Shown here one piece after another: positions 22,421 to 31,900 of a stretch of 64,000 nucleotides of DNA. Origin of the DNA: an uncultured beta proteobacterium (GTDB taxonomy: Bacteria; Pseudomonadota; Gammaproteobacteria; Burkholderiales; Burkholderiaceae_C); the NCBI GenBank assembly GCA_903920695.1, contig CAIXNB010000231.1:4580-68579 (forward strand), given 5' to 3'. The position numbers and the translations under genes were made by a program. The notes beneath the pieces were generated by a model. That model was not told the origin of the DNA and made no database searches. It was given only the letters and a program-made list of their open reading frames with translations. The first letter of the stretch is position 1. Each line of letters starts with the position of its first letter.

Positions 22421-23152
22421 CTAGCATTTGATTCCAACATGCAAGGCAACCAGGCCACCGGTCAGATTGTGGTAATCGACGTGGCCAAATCCGGCTTGCT
22501 GCATCATGGCCTTGAGTTCTTCCTGTCCCGGATGCATGCGAATCGATTCGGCCAGATAACGGTAGCTCGCATCGTCGCCAGCCACCCATTTGCCCAGCTG
22601 GGGCAATATCTTGAAAGAATACCAGTCGTAGACCTTTTCCAGCGGTGGCGCCACTTTGGAAAACTCAAGCACCAGCAATTTTCCGCCCGGTTTGAGGACG
22701 CGGTTCATCTCGGCGAGCGCCACGTCCTTGTGCGTCATGTTGCGCAAACCAAAGGCGACGCTCACGACATCAAAATGACCGGTTGGAAATGGCAGCTTTT
22801 CTGCGTCGCAGACCAGGGTCGGCAACGCGACACCGGCGTCGAGCAGGCGGTCGCGCCCGGTGCGCAGCATGGCCTCGTTGATATCGGTATGCACGACGCG
22901 CCCGCTTTTGCCGACTTTCTTGGAAAAAGCCAGCGCCAGATCGCCGGTCCCCCCGGCAATATCGAGCACTTGATAGCCTTCGCGGATGTTGGCCACCAGC
23001 ACGGTATACGCCTTCCAGGCCCGGTGCAAGCCCATCGACATCAAGTCGTTCATCACGTCGTACTTGGGTGCAACGGAATCGAACACGCCGCGCACGTGCT
23101 TTGCCTTTTCGGTCTCATCGACCGATTTGTAGCCAAAATGTGTTGTTGTCAT
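22421..23152 (-). CDS. ubiE: demethylmenaquinone / ubiquinone C-methyltransferase
   Basis: HFGYKSV...[25 protein letters not shown] and the SAM-binding motif [10 protein letters not shown]. Confidence 0.95.
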   Translation of the reverse strand: MTTTHFGYKSVDETEKAKHVRGVFDSVAPKYDVMNDLMSMGLHRAWKAYTVLVANIREGYQVLDIAGGTGDLALAFSKKVGKSGRVVHTDINEAMLRTGRDRLLDAGVALPTLVCDAEKLPFPTGHFDVVSVAFGLRNMTHKDVALAEMNRVLKPGGKLLVLEFSKVAPPLEKVYDWYSFKILPQLGKWVAGDDASYRYLAESIRMHPGQEELKAMMQQAGFGHVDYHNLTGGLVALHVGIKC

Positions 23153-23166
23153 ATCACGATGTTAAT

Positions 23167-23580
23167 TCAACGGCTGGCGCAACTCGGAGCAGCTTTGTCG
23201 GGCATGGGCGTATCGCGCGCCACACCTGCGGCGAGCAATCGAGCCTCATAGTCGGCCCACAATTTCCCCTCCTGCTCGCCAAGGAAGTAGAGGTAATCCC
23301 AGGAAAAAAGTCCGCTGTCGTACCCGTCGGAAAATGTCGGCTGCACGGCGTAATTGCCGACCGGCTCAAGTGCGGTCAGGCTCACATGGCGCTTACCCGT
23401 CTGCAGGACTTCCTGCCCCGGCCCGTGGCCTTGCACGTCGGCCGAGGGCGAGTACACGCGCATCAACTCAAACGGAATCCTGAATGTCTTGCCATCCGAA
23501 AAACCAACCTCCAGCACCCTGGACTGGCTGTGCACCGTCATAGCCTGTGGCGTCGGAGCGCCTGCTTGCAAACCTGCCAT
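23167..23580 (-). CDS. DUF971 (gamma-butyrobetaine hydroxylase-like N-terminal domain) protein
   Basis: A 137-aa protein with the motifs FELMRVYSPSADVQGHG and FSDGYDSGLFSWDYLY, which are characteristic of DUF971. Confidence 0.7.
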   Translation of the reverse strand: MAGLQAGAPTPQAMTVHSQSRVLEVGFSDGKTFRIPFELMRVYSPSADVQGHGPGQEVLQTGKRHVSLTALEPVGNYAVQPTFSDGYDSGLFSWDYLYFLGEQEGKLWADYEARLLAAGVARDTPMPDKAAPSCASR

Positions 23581-23604
23581 TTTGTTTTACCTGTACCTAT
23601 CTGT

Positions 23605-23669
23605 TGCGAGAAAACGGGAGAGCGGACCCTCAACCCCGTGAACAACAGGAACAGTATCACGGTTTGAGG
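23605..23669 (-). terminator. putative intrinsic terminator after the CHASE2 cyclase gene
   Basis: On the minus strand: CCTCAAACCGTGA-(15-nt loop)-TCACGGGGTTGAGG, a ~13-bp stem with one bulge, followed ~10 nt later by CCCGTTTTCTC. Confidence 0.45.
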
Positions 23670-23726
23670 CTGCGTATGATCGCACGTTGCCAAAAACCAT
23701 CCCGGGCGCATCCTGTCAGCGCAGCC

Positions 23727-25961
23727 TCACTTGCTCGTGAAAGTGAAGGCCCCATCCCAATCGGAACCCGGTGGGTGCTGCTGAAAATGCGCAATACGCC
23801 CGGCATAGATCTGATAGACGTAGCGTTGCGGATCGTGATCGCGCAAAACCTGGAATCGTTCTTCCGCCGACGACCAGTCCTGCGCACGGTACGAAGCCAA
23901 GGCTGCCTCGTAGCGGATGAGTTCGTCCAGAACAGCGGTGTCGCATTGGCCGACCTCGGCTATCGGCTCGTAAATGCCAACCGGCCTGAGCTTGCCCTTG
24001 ACGCGCACGCAGTCCAGTTCGCGGTAGACGAAGTCCGGCACCGCCGCGCGCGTGTACTCGCTGACAATGATCTGGACACCGTATTCTTTGGTCAAACCTT
24101 CCAGACGCGAACCCAGGTTCACGGCATCGCCCATCACGGTATAGGCCAGGCGGAACTCGGAACCCATGTTGCCCACCGTCATTTCGCCGCTGTTGAGGCC
24201 AACACCGATCCGGATCGGCGGCCAGCCCCTGGCCTGAAACTGGTCCTGCAGGGACGCCAGCCGGCCAATCATGTCCAGCCCGGCCAGCAAAGCGTGGCGG
24301 GCGTGCAGCGGGTCATGCAGCGGCGCACCCCAAAATGCCATGATGGCGTCGCCCATGTATTTGTCGATAGTGCCGCGATGCTGGTGAATCACCTGCGTCA
24401 TCGGCGTCAGAAACTCATTCATCAACTGCGTCAGTTGAACCGGATCGAGTCCCTCGGAAATTGTGGTGAAACCGCGCACATCGGAAAAAAGCACGGTCAG
24501 ATCCCGACTCTCGCCCGCCAGCGAGTAGGCGCCGGGGTCCTTCGCCATTTCGTCGACCAGCTCGGGTGGCACATACTGGCCGAATAAGCCGGTCAGCAGG
24601 CGTTTGCTGCGTTCCTCGACAAACAAACCATAGAGCATGTTGAAGACAAAAAGAACCAGTATCAGGAGCAGCGTCGAAGCCAGCGGCAAAGCCAGATTGG
24701 CGGCACGCCAGAGGTACAGGTTGGCGCCGACCAGGCCTGCCATCAAGCCCACCGTGAGCAGCGTCGCCCACAAGGGCTTGAGCGCCGGCAGTGCCAATGC
24801 CAGCAGCGCCGCAGCCAGCAGTAGCAAACTCACTTCAATGCCAGCAGCGGAGGTCGGGCGCTCCTTCAGATCGCTATCCAGAATGCCGGCAAGCATGTTG
24901 GCGTGAACCTCGACGCCGGCGTAGTTCTCCTGCATCGGTGTATTGCGCAAATCGTTCAAGCCCGGCGCTGTGGTGCCGACCAGCACGATGGCGCCGCGCA
25001 GGATCTCGGGCGAGACCTTGCCCTGCAGCACATTGCTGGCGGAGACATAGGGGAAGCTACCCTGCCGGCCACGGTAGGGGACCAGGACGGCGACGTCGCT
25101 GTCGACCGGGACGCTGCGCTGACCGAGCGTGATCGATTCCAGTGCCAGCACGCTTTTTTCCTGATCCCTATAGTCCAGTCCGATCACCGCCTCGCGCAGC
25201 GCCAATCGTGCCAAGGAAAGCCCGAGTGACTCGTACAAAGTACCGTGGTACAACTGCAGCAAAGGCAGGCGCCGGATCACGCCGTCTGCATCCGACAGGC
25301 TGGCGAGGTCGAAATAGCCGCCCGCCACACTGTTCGCCTGCAACGGCGACAAATTGGCTGCAAACCCGGTGGCCACCGGAGCCCCGATGCGAGCTGGCTC
25401 AAAGGCGCCTTGCGTGCGCAGCACCGGCGCGGGCGGCAGACTACCCAGCGTGGCGTCCGGCTGCCCGTCATGGCGAAAGTAAAAACCCAGAGCGACGCGT
25501 CGCCCTTTCAAACTGTCGGCAAACACCTGGTCGTAATCCAGACTCGGTCGCAGCTTGCCCAGAGCGGCATGAAAGGCCGGGTCAGCACTGAGCTGGCCCT
25601 GGGCCAGTTGCTCCAAAGTCTTGAGCCCGGAACTCTCGTCGCGCTCGGAGAACAGCACGTCAAAGCCGAGCACATCAATCTTGTAGCGATCAAACAGCAG
25701 GTCAACCAGATGCGCCAGCTTGTTGCGTGGCCACGGCCAGTGCCCTTGTTCCTGCAAGCTCTTTTCGTCAATGTCCACAATGACGATCCGCTTGTCCAGC
25801 GTATCGGGCATGGTCCATTGCAAGCGCAGATCGTAGGCGTAATCCTCCAGGCGCCCTATGAACCCAAGGTCAAACAAGCCCAGCGCGTTGAACAGGATCG
25901 GCAGCGCCAGCAGCAGACTCAGCAGAATACGCAGCGCGTGCCGCTTGAAGAACCCGGCCAT
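23727..25961 (-). CDS. CHASE2 sensor domain-containing class III adenylate/guanylate cyclase
   Basis: Layout: N-terminal TM helix (ILLSLLLALPILFNALGL), a ~340-aa periplasmic CHASE2-type region (RIVIVDIDEKSL...WPWPR), a cluster of 3 TM helices, then the cyclase catalytic domain. Catalytic motifs: LTVLFSDVRGFT, IDKYMGDAIMAFWG, YTVMGDAVNLGSRLE. A TPR-like tail follows. The start lies 2 nt after the tpsB stop. Confidence 0.9.
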   Translation of the reverse strand: MAGFFKRHALRILLSLLLALPILFNALGLFDLGFIGRLEDYAYDLRLQWTMPDTLDKRIVIVDIDEKSLQEQGHWPWPRNKLAHLVDLLFDRYKIDVLGFDVLFSERDESSGLKTLEQLAQGQLSADPAFHAALGKLRPSLDYDQVFADSLKGRRVALGFYFRHDGQPDATLGSLPPAPVLRTQGAFEPARIGAPVATGFAANLSPLQANSVAGGYFDLASLSDADGVIRRLPLLQLYHGTLYESLGLSLARLALREAVIGLDYRDQEKSVLALESITLGQRSVPVDSDVAVLVPYRGRQGSFPYVSASNVLQGKVSPEILRGAIVLVGTTAPGLNDLRNTPMQENYAGVEVHANMLAGILDSDLKERPTSAAGIEVSLLLLAAALLALALPALKPLWATLLTVGLMAGLVGANLYLWRAANLALPLASTLLLILVLFVFNMLYGLFVEERSKRLLTGLFGQYVPPELVDEMAKDPGAYSLAGESRDLTVLFSDVRGFTTISEGLDPVQLTQLMNEFLTPMTQVIHQHRGTIDKYMGDAIMAFWGAPLHDPLHARHALLAGLDMIGRLASLQDQFQARGWPPIRIGVGLNSGEMTVGNMGSEFRLAYTVMGDAVNLGSRLEGLTKEYGVQIIVSEYTRAAVPDFVYRELDCVRVKGKLRPVGIYEPIAEVGQCDTAVLDELIRYEAALASYRAQDWSSAEERFQVLRDHDPQRYVYQIYAGRIAHFQQHPPGSDWDGAFTFTSK

Positions 25962-25963
25962 AT

Positions 25964-27589
25964 TCAGAAACGGACCGTGACACTGACATGGATCTTTTGA
26001 TCACCCGCCTGCGGAATCGAAGAGCCGCTCTCCGGCCCCAACACGCTACCGGTCAGCACCCGCCCCCAGTCGGCAACGACAGCATAGGAAGCAGCGGCGT
26101 AGCGCAGCCCGAGCCCGGCGCTGCGCAATTGGTCGGCCGCCGGCTTGTTCGGATTGGCATCGGTGTTACGGTTGCGCAGCCAGCCGGCGTCCATGAAACC
26201 CAGCACGCGCAGGCCCGGTAACACCTCGGCGCTGGTGATTTCGAGCGTGGCCGACAAGCCGCTGTCGCCCGAAAGGGCACGCTCACCGGTGCCGCGCAGG
26301 GACGAGACACCACCCAGGCCGAATTGCTCACCGGAAATCAGCGCGTCCGGGCTCAGTTGGAACTGAGCGCGGACCGCCCACAACCAGCCCGAGCCGAACG
26401 CCGACAGGTAGTTGGCGCCGGCGCGCACGGCGCGCCAACTAGCACGGGTGATGCGCACATCCTCACTCTGGTAGGCGGCCAGGCTATTGGTGTCGCCACC
26501 CGGAATGTTCTGCACCCACTCCGCGTTATAGCCCCACATGACGGTATCAGACTCGACCCGGTTCGCATACCCCAGCGTCAGGGGGCGGCTGCTGCGATCC
26601 GATTTCAGCGGATCGACAAGGCCGTTGATCTGCGCCGCATTGAAGCGCTTTTCATCGAGCCCCACAGTGATGTAGCTGCGCTGTCCGCCCTCCGGTGGCA
26701 GATAGTGGCTGTAACTCACGCCGTAGGTCTGGCCAGCCCCGGAACTGCTGAAGCTGCCGAAGCTGCCCTCGACATCCGAGTTGGTATAACTCAAGCCCAG
26801 CACGCCGCCCTGGCGGTACAGCGGAATGCGGTAACTCAGACCCAGTTGTTTGACATCGTTGTGCCGTTGCAGCGACGTGGTGAAAGCACCTGAGAACTGA
26901 TGATCGAGGTCGAACAGGTTGGCGTAGCCGCCGATCAGGGCCAGCCGATCCTGCCCCGTCGCGTCCGACCCCATGTTGGACAGACTGGCCGAAAAGTTCC
27001 AGGGCTTGCTTTCCTTGACCACCAGCTTGGCGTCAATCTTGTCGGGTTCCTCAGACTCCTTGAGCGACACCTGCACCTGCTTGCCCTGGTTCTCATTGGC
27101 GATAGCAGTCTGCACCGCCAGTGTCCTGAAATTCGGCGCTGCACCGGCGCGCAGTTCCGGCAGGCTGGCGCGGATATTGGCTTCGCTGAACTGGTCCTGT
27201 CCTTGCAGCGTGATCGTGCCAATGACAAACTTGACAATATTCAGGCGCACGCTGGCACCCATGTCCTGCGGCGGCAAAACAACGCGGTGCAGCGCAAAAC
27301 CTTGCGCCTTGAGTTCAGCCTCCAGCGCGGCGCTGGCCTGCTGCAAAGTTGCCAGCGTCGCGCCGGGCCCGACGAATGGCGCCAGCACCCGGGCACTATC
27401 CGCGTTGCTTAGCGGGTTGTCGCCTGTCACGTCAAACCGATTGATGACAAACGTGGCAACCAGACCGCTGCCAGCTGGCGTCGGCGACTGCGCCAACACC
27501 CAAGCGGGCGACAAAGAGACCAGCAATACTGCGCAGGCGACCGATGATTTGTATGGTTTTCGCATAAGGGGTCGCCTCTTTAAGGACAC
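25964..27589 (-). CDS. ShlB/FhaC/HecB-family two-partner secretion outer-membrane transporter (TpsB)
   Basis: Signal peptide (KSSVACAVLLVSLSPAWVLAQ), a POTRA-like region (FVINRFDVTGDNPLS...) and a beta-barrel with alternating hydrophobic pattern ending in the aromatic residue ...HVSVTVRF. The start is either GTG at 27589 (10-nt overlap with the upstream stop) or ATG at 27565. Confidence 0.85.
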   Translation of the reverse strand: MSLKRRPLMRKPYKSSVACAVLLVSLSPAWVLAQSPTPAGSGLVATFVINRFDVTGDNPLSNADSARVLAPFVGPGATLATLQQASAALEAELKAQGFALHRVVLPPQDMGASVRLNIVKFVIGTITLQGQDQFSEANIRASLPELRAGAAPNFRTLAVQTAIANENQGKQVQVSLKESEEPDKIDAKLVVKESKPWNFSASLSNMGSDATGQDRLALIGGYANLFDLDHQFSGAFTTSLQRHNDVKQLGLSYRIPLYRQGGVLGLSYTNSDVEGSFGSFSSSGAGQTYGVSYSHYLPPEGGQRSYITVGLDEKRFNAAQINGLVDPLKSDRSSRPLTLGYANRVESDTVMWGYNAEWVQNIPGGDTNSLAAYQSEDVRITRASWRAVRAGANYLSAFGSGWLWAVRAQFQLSPDALISGEQFGLGGVSSLRGTGERALSGDSGLSATLEITSAEVLPGLRVLGFMDAGWLRNRNTDANPNKPAADQLRSAGLGLRYAAASYAVVADWGRVLTGSVLGPESGSSIPQAGDQKIHVSVTVRF

Positions 27590-28938
27590 AGATTGCGCGT
27601 GTCCTTGCCGATTTCGCTCAGGATATTGAGCACCATCAGATTGGAACTGTTGGGCAGGGCTACGCTGTCAAAGCGGATGAACGCCGGCCATGTGGCAGGC
27701 CGCCCGACACGCCCGTCATTGCCGGCAAAGCCGGTTTCACCCCGACCCAGATGCAGCGTGCCGCCGGCGGCGATGATTTCGATATGCCCGTTGCGCACAA
27801 ATACGAACAAGCCGGCCTCGTCACCGGATACGCCGCCGCCCGAGAAGAGTTGCAGCAAATCAACCGGCACACCATCAGGCCTTGGTAGGTTGTCAAGCGT
27901 CGGCGCTGTCAAAGGCCGCAGCTCCGAACGACTGACATACAAACCCTGCCCGGCCTCCAGTAGCTGCACGGTGGTCTGCCCAAATTGCGTCACTTCGATC
28001 ACGCCTTGCCAGGTGAAGAAACTGCAGCTGTCCACAGCGACACAGTCAAGGTCAAGGCCGGTGCCACGAATGCCGATGGTGGCCGTGGGCGTCGAATAAC
28101 CCACGTTGCGCTTGTTGGTCTTGCCGATCACGCCCGTCAGCGCGCGCATGCTGCCGCGCAACAGGGAAACCATGAATTTGCCTTCGGCCGGATTCTTGTC
28201 ATCAAAGACAAAGCTGTCGACCTTGAAGCGGGTGCTGGCACCGAGCGTCAGACGGCTATCGTCGCGAAACACCAGAACACCCTTGGCGCCAGGACCGGTT
28301 TCGACCGTTTCGCCGGGATAAACGCTGGCGCCATCAACCAATCTGCGCGCCGTACCTGAATCGCCAATTGCCTTGATATCCCCTTGGGCCGTCACCAGTT
28401 TGGCACTCGCCAGCACCGCGTTGGGACGCGGTTTTTCAGTGGAATTGGCCGATTCGGCCTTGCATTCGGCGCCACAGACACGGGCGTCAAAGTCAGTGCC
28501 ACGGACCAGAACCGTGGCATTGGCGGTCTGGATTTGAGCGGCGTCGGGAGCACCTTTAGAGATCAAACCCGTCATCGCACGAAAGCCGCCCCGCAACAAT
28601 TGCATCACCATGCTGTTGCCAGCAGAACCCTCCTGATACTGGTACTTCTGAACCAGCATTTCAGTGTTCGGGCGCAGCGTCATGCGAGTGCCGTCCTGCA
28701 GTTTGACAATGGTCGACGAGCTCTCAGCCGTGATCAAGCGATCACCTTCATGCACCGGCGAACCCTTGCCCAAGGTACGGGGCACCTGTCCGGGCGACTG
28801 CACCAGGCCCACGCCCCGCGAAAACTCGACTTCACCGACCGGTTGCGCCACTGCTGTCAAGGCACCGGCCAGCACGGCCAGACCCAGAACCTGCCTGGCA
28901 AAAGGGAACAGCTTGCGGCGCCAGTTCAGTGTGCGCAT
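27580..28938 (-). CDS. secreted tandem FecR-domain protein
   Basis: Sec signal peptide (LGLAVLAGALTAVAQP). There are at least two FecR-type beta-sandwich segments (VGEVEFSRGVGLVQSPGQVPRTLGKGSPVHEGDRLITAESSSTIVKLQDGTRMTLRPNT and AQGDIKAIGDSGTARRLVDGASVYPGETVETGPGAKGVLVFRDDSRLTLGAST). No TM anchor and no anti-sigma N-terminal domain. The ATG lies 13 nt inside the 3' end of tpsA. Confidence 0.8.
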   Translation of the reverse strand: MRTLNWRRKLFPFARQVLGLAVLAGALTAVAQPVGEVEFSRGVGLVQSPGQVPRTLGKGSPVHEGDRLITAESSSTIVKLQDGTRMTLRPNTEMLVQKYQYQEGSAGNSMVMQLLRGGFRAMTGLISKGAPDAAQIQTANATVLVRGTDFDARVCGAECKAESANSTEKPRPNAVLASAKLVTAQGDIKAIGDSGTARRLVDGASVYPGETVETGPGAKGVLVFRDDSRLTLGASTRFKVDSFVFDDKNPAEGKFMVSLLRGSMRALTGVIGKTNKRNVGYSTPTATIGIRGTGLDLDCVAVDSCSFFTWQGVIEVTQFGQTTVQLLEAGQGLYVSRSELRPLTAPTLDNLPRPDGVPVDLLQLFSGGGVSGDEAGLFVFVRNGHIEIIAAGGTLHLGRGETGFAGNDGRVGRPATWPAFIRFDSVALPNSSNLMVLNILSEIGKDTRNLCP

Positions 28939-31900
28939 ATATCACCCTCCACGACGACCGTGTTCTTGTTATTGTCGTACTGCACCAGCGCAACGCTGCT
29001 GACCAGAATCGGCGACGCCAGGATGGATTGGAACTGAACCAAGAAACTTGTGATCAGATCGCTGGTGCTGGCGGCGACGGCCGAAGCCACCCATGGTGGC
29101 GCCACGGACACGCCATTGATGTAGTAATTCACGGGATGTCCCGTGCTCTTGGCCAAGGGGCCGAAGGTCAGGGTTCCGCCGGCAGAAACATTGATGGCCA
29201 GCGCAGCCGTCAGCGTGCTGTTTTGCACAAAATTGTTGGCCGCATTGAGCGTGATGCCACCGACCGAAGACGCCAGCGCACCGTTCAAGGTCATATTGCC
29301 GGAACTGGTGAGGTTGGTCGCAGTCAACACAATGTCGCCACTGGCGCTAATGCCGCCGCTGCCGATGGTCAGGGGACTATTGGCCGTCATCGTTACGGCA
29401 CCGGCGCTGGCCAGCACCGGACCCGAGGTGCTGATGCCGCCGGTGTTGAACAGTTTGATATCGCCATTGGCAACGCTGATGCCTTGGCCGTCAAGCACCC
29501 CCACGTTGGTCAGCTCGATGCTGCCGCCGCCGCTATTGGTGGCCCTGAAACTGCCGATCCGGTTACCCGCATCATTGAGCCGTGTGCCGGTTGCAGACTG
29601 CGTCGACAGCAAGCCCGTGACCAGTCCTGCGTTTTGGTCAATGCTGCCAGTCGGTGCCGCAAGGCTGATGACCGGCGCTTGGATGGACGCCACCGTCAAA
29701 TTACCGGCAGTGTGGGTGATGTCCACCGGCCCACCGGCCACAATTGTGCCGGCCGTCTGGTTGAAACTGCCGTTCACATTGAACGCCCCGCTAAGGCTGA
29801 GGGCGCCCCCGACCTGCGCGTACTGCGACAGGCTCACACTGTTGGCAATCGACAAACTACCGCCGGCCATCGAAACACTGCCAGCGCCCGTGATCGATTG
29901 GAGATGGGTGTCAGCCACGGCCGCGTCGTAGGCAACCGAAACCCCAGCCGGTATCGATACCGCCAGCACGTTGGACGCGTCTGGCAAAGCGTCCCAGCTG
30001 CCGGCTGAACTCCATTGCCCGCTACCGGCAGCAGTCCAGGTCGAAAGCGCTCGCACCGTGATGTTGCCAGTGAGCGGCGTGATGCCGGTGGCCACGCTGT
30101 AATTGGCGGAGTCCGGTCCGCTCAGGGTCAGATTGCTCAAATTGACGAGCTTGCCGCGCCCCACATTGCGGTCGACGAAGGCCGACTCCACACTGCCGAC
30201 CGTCACCTGATCACCGGAAATCAGACCTGTCAAACTGGCGCCGCTTGTCACCGCGGTAGCCGTCGTGTTGCCGTCGTAAACCTTGTCATTGACGGTAATG
30301 CCACTGACGCCGTTGATCACAGCCTTGCTGATGTCGGCAGTGGTCGATGTCACCGTGCTGCCCAGCGTGTAGTTGAGCGCATCGCTCCCGCTCAGACTCA
30401 AGCCGCTAATGGCAACGGTCTTGCCAAGGCCAACGTTCTTGTCGCTGAAGGCGCCCGTGGGCGTTCCGAGTGCCACGTTGTCGCCGGCAACCGCACCCGA
30501 CAGGACGCCACCACTAACCGTGGCCGCAGCGCTGCCGTCATAAACCTTGTTGGCCACCGTCACTGCACTAACGCTCAGAGGCTTGGGCGTGATATCAGCT
30601 GTGGCGCTGGCACTGAGGCTGCCCACACTGTAGTTGACAGCATCAGAGCCAGTGAGCGCCAAGCCGGTGATGTTGACGGTCTTGCCCAGGCCAACGTTCT
30701 TGTCGCTGAAGGCGCCCGTTGGCGTTCCGAGTGCCACGTTGTCACCGGCAACCGCACCCAACAGAACGCCGCCGCTGACTGTCGCCGCCGTGCTGCCGTC
30801 GTATACCTTGTTCGCCGCCGTCACGGCACTGACCGAGACCGGTTTGGGCGTGATGTCGGCTGTGGCGCTGGCACTGAGGTTGCCCACACTGTAGTTGACA
30901 GCATCAGAGCCAGTGAGCGTCAAGCCGGTGATGTTGACGCTCTTGCCCAGGCCGGCGTTTTTGTCGCTGAAGGCGCCCGTTGGCGTTCCGAGTGCCACGT
31001 TGTCACCGGCAACCGCACCCGACAGGACAGCGCCGCTGAGTGTCGCCGCCGTGCTGCCGTCGTAAACCTTATTCGCCGCCGTCACGGCGCTGACCGACAA
31101 GGGCTTGGGCGTGATGTCGGCACTGGTACTGGCGCTGCTAGTGCTCAGGGTGTAATTGCCGGCGTCGGCCCCGCTCAGTGACAGCCCCGTCACGGTGACC
31201 GACTTGGCCACGCCGACGTTCTTGTTGTTGAAATTTGCGGAGGATGAATTGAGACTCACGACATCACCGCTCAAGACCCCAACAAGCGATCCTCCGGTGA
31301 CCGTCGCGCTTACCGTGCCGTCATAGACCTTGCTGGTTCCGGCATTGCTGATCGTTGCGGTCAGTGATGCCGGCATCACGGTAACGGTCGCTGTTTCGTA
31401 GAGCGTGCTTGCATATCCGATCGGCGCAAGCAAGGTCCCGGAAAATGTCACGGGGTACGGACTGCCGTTGACGCGCGCATTGGCAGCAAGACCGATTGAA
31501 GTCAATGCAAGCGTCGACGCGTAGGATTCTTGCGTGAATACACCCCCATACGCAGCTGCGTTCACCAGGCCGGTCACACTGACTGAGGGCGTGGCTGTGG
31601 TGGTACCGTATGTCTTGACAACACTCCCGCCGACGACATTCGCGGTCAGTGACGGCACGGTGTCAAACAGATAGCGATTACCGGTCTCGGTCACCACGGG
31701 ATAACTGGCATATGTCTTGCCCCAAAGCGGAAGCTGGTCACTGCTCAAACCCCCAAAAGCGTCGCTCCCTGGATCGGTCGAATACACCAGCCAACGGCCG
31801 GCACCCGTGGTCAATGCGCCAGAGCCAGCGTTGTTGATAAACGCACCAACGCCAGCGTCACGGTTGGCGCCAATTGCGCTGGAATCATTGGTAGCCACCG

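Noticed and set aside
21977-23251. 424-aa plus-strand ORF spanning the Tim44-like and ubiE genes.
   Set aside because: It crosses two well-supported minus-strand genes and their intergenic region. It has an Arg/His/Gln-rich low-complexity translation.
28926-30000. TpsA considered as a CdiA-type contact-dependent inhibition toxin.
   Set aside because: There is no VENN or other pretoxin motif. No distinct C-terminal toxin domain is recognisable. The next gene encodes a 452-aa secreted FecR-domain protein rather than a small immunity protein.
28929-31181. Several 260-390-aa plus-strand ORFs antisense to tpsA (28929-30008, 29143-29931, 30015-31181).
   Set aside because: They arise because the repetitive Gly/Ala/Ser/Thr/Val codons of tpsA lack stops in the reverse frames. 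Their translations are Arg/Ala/Gly-rich and repeat with the tpsA periodicity.
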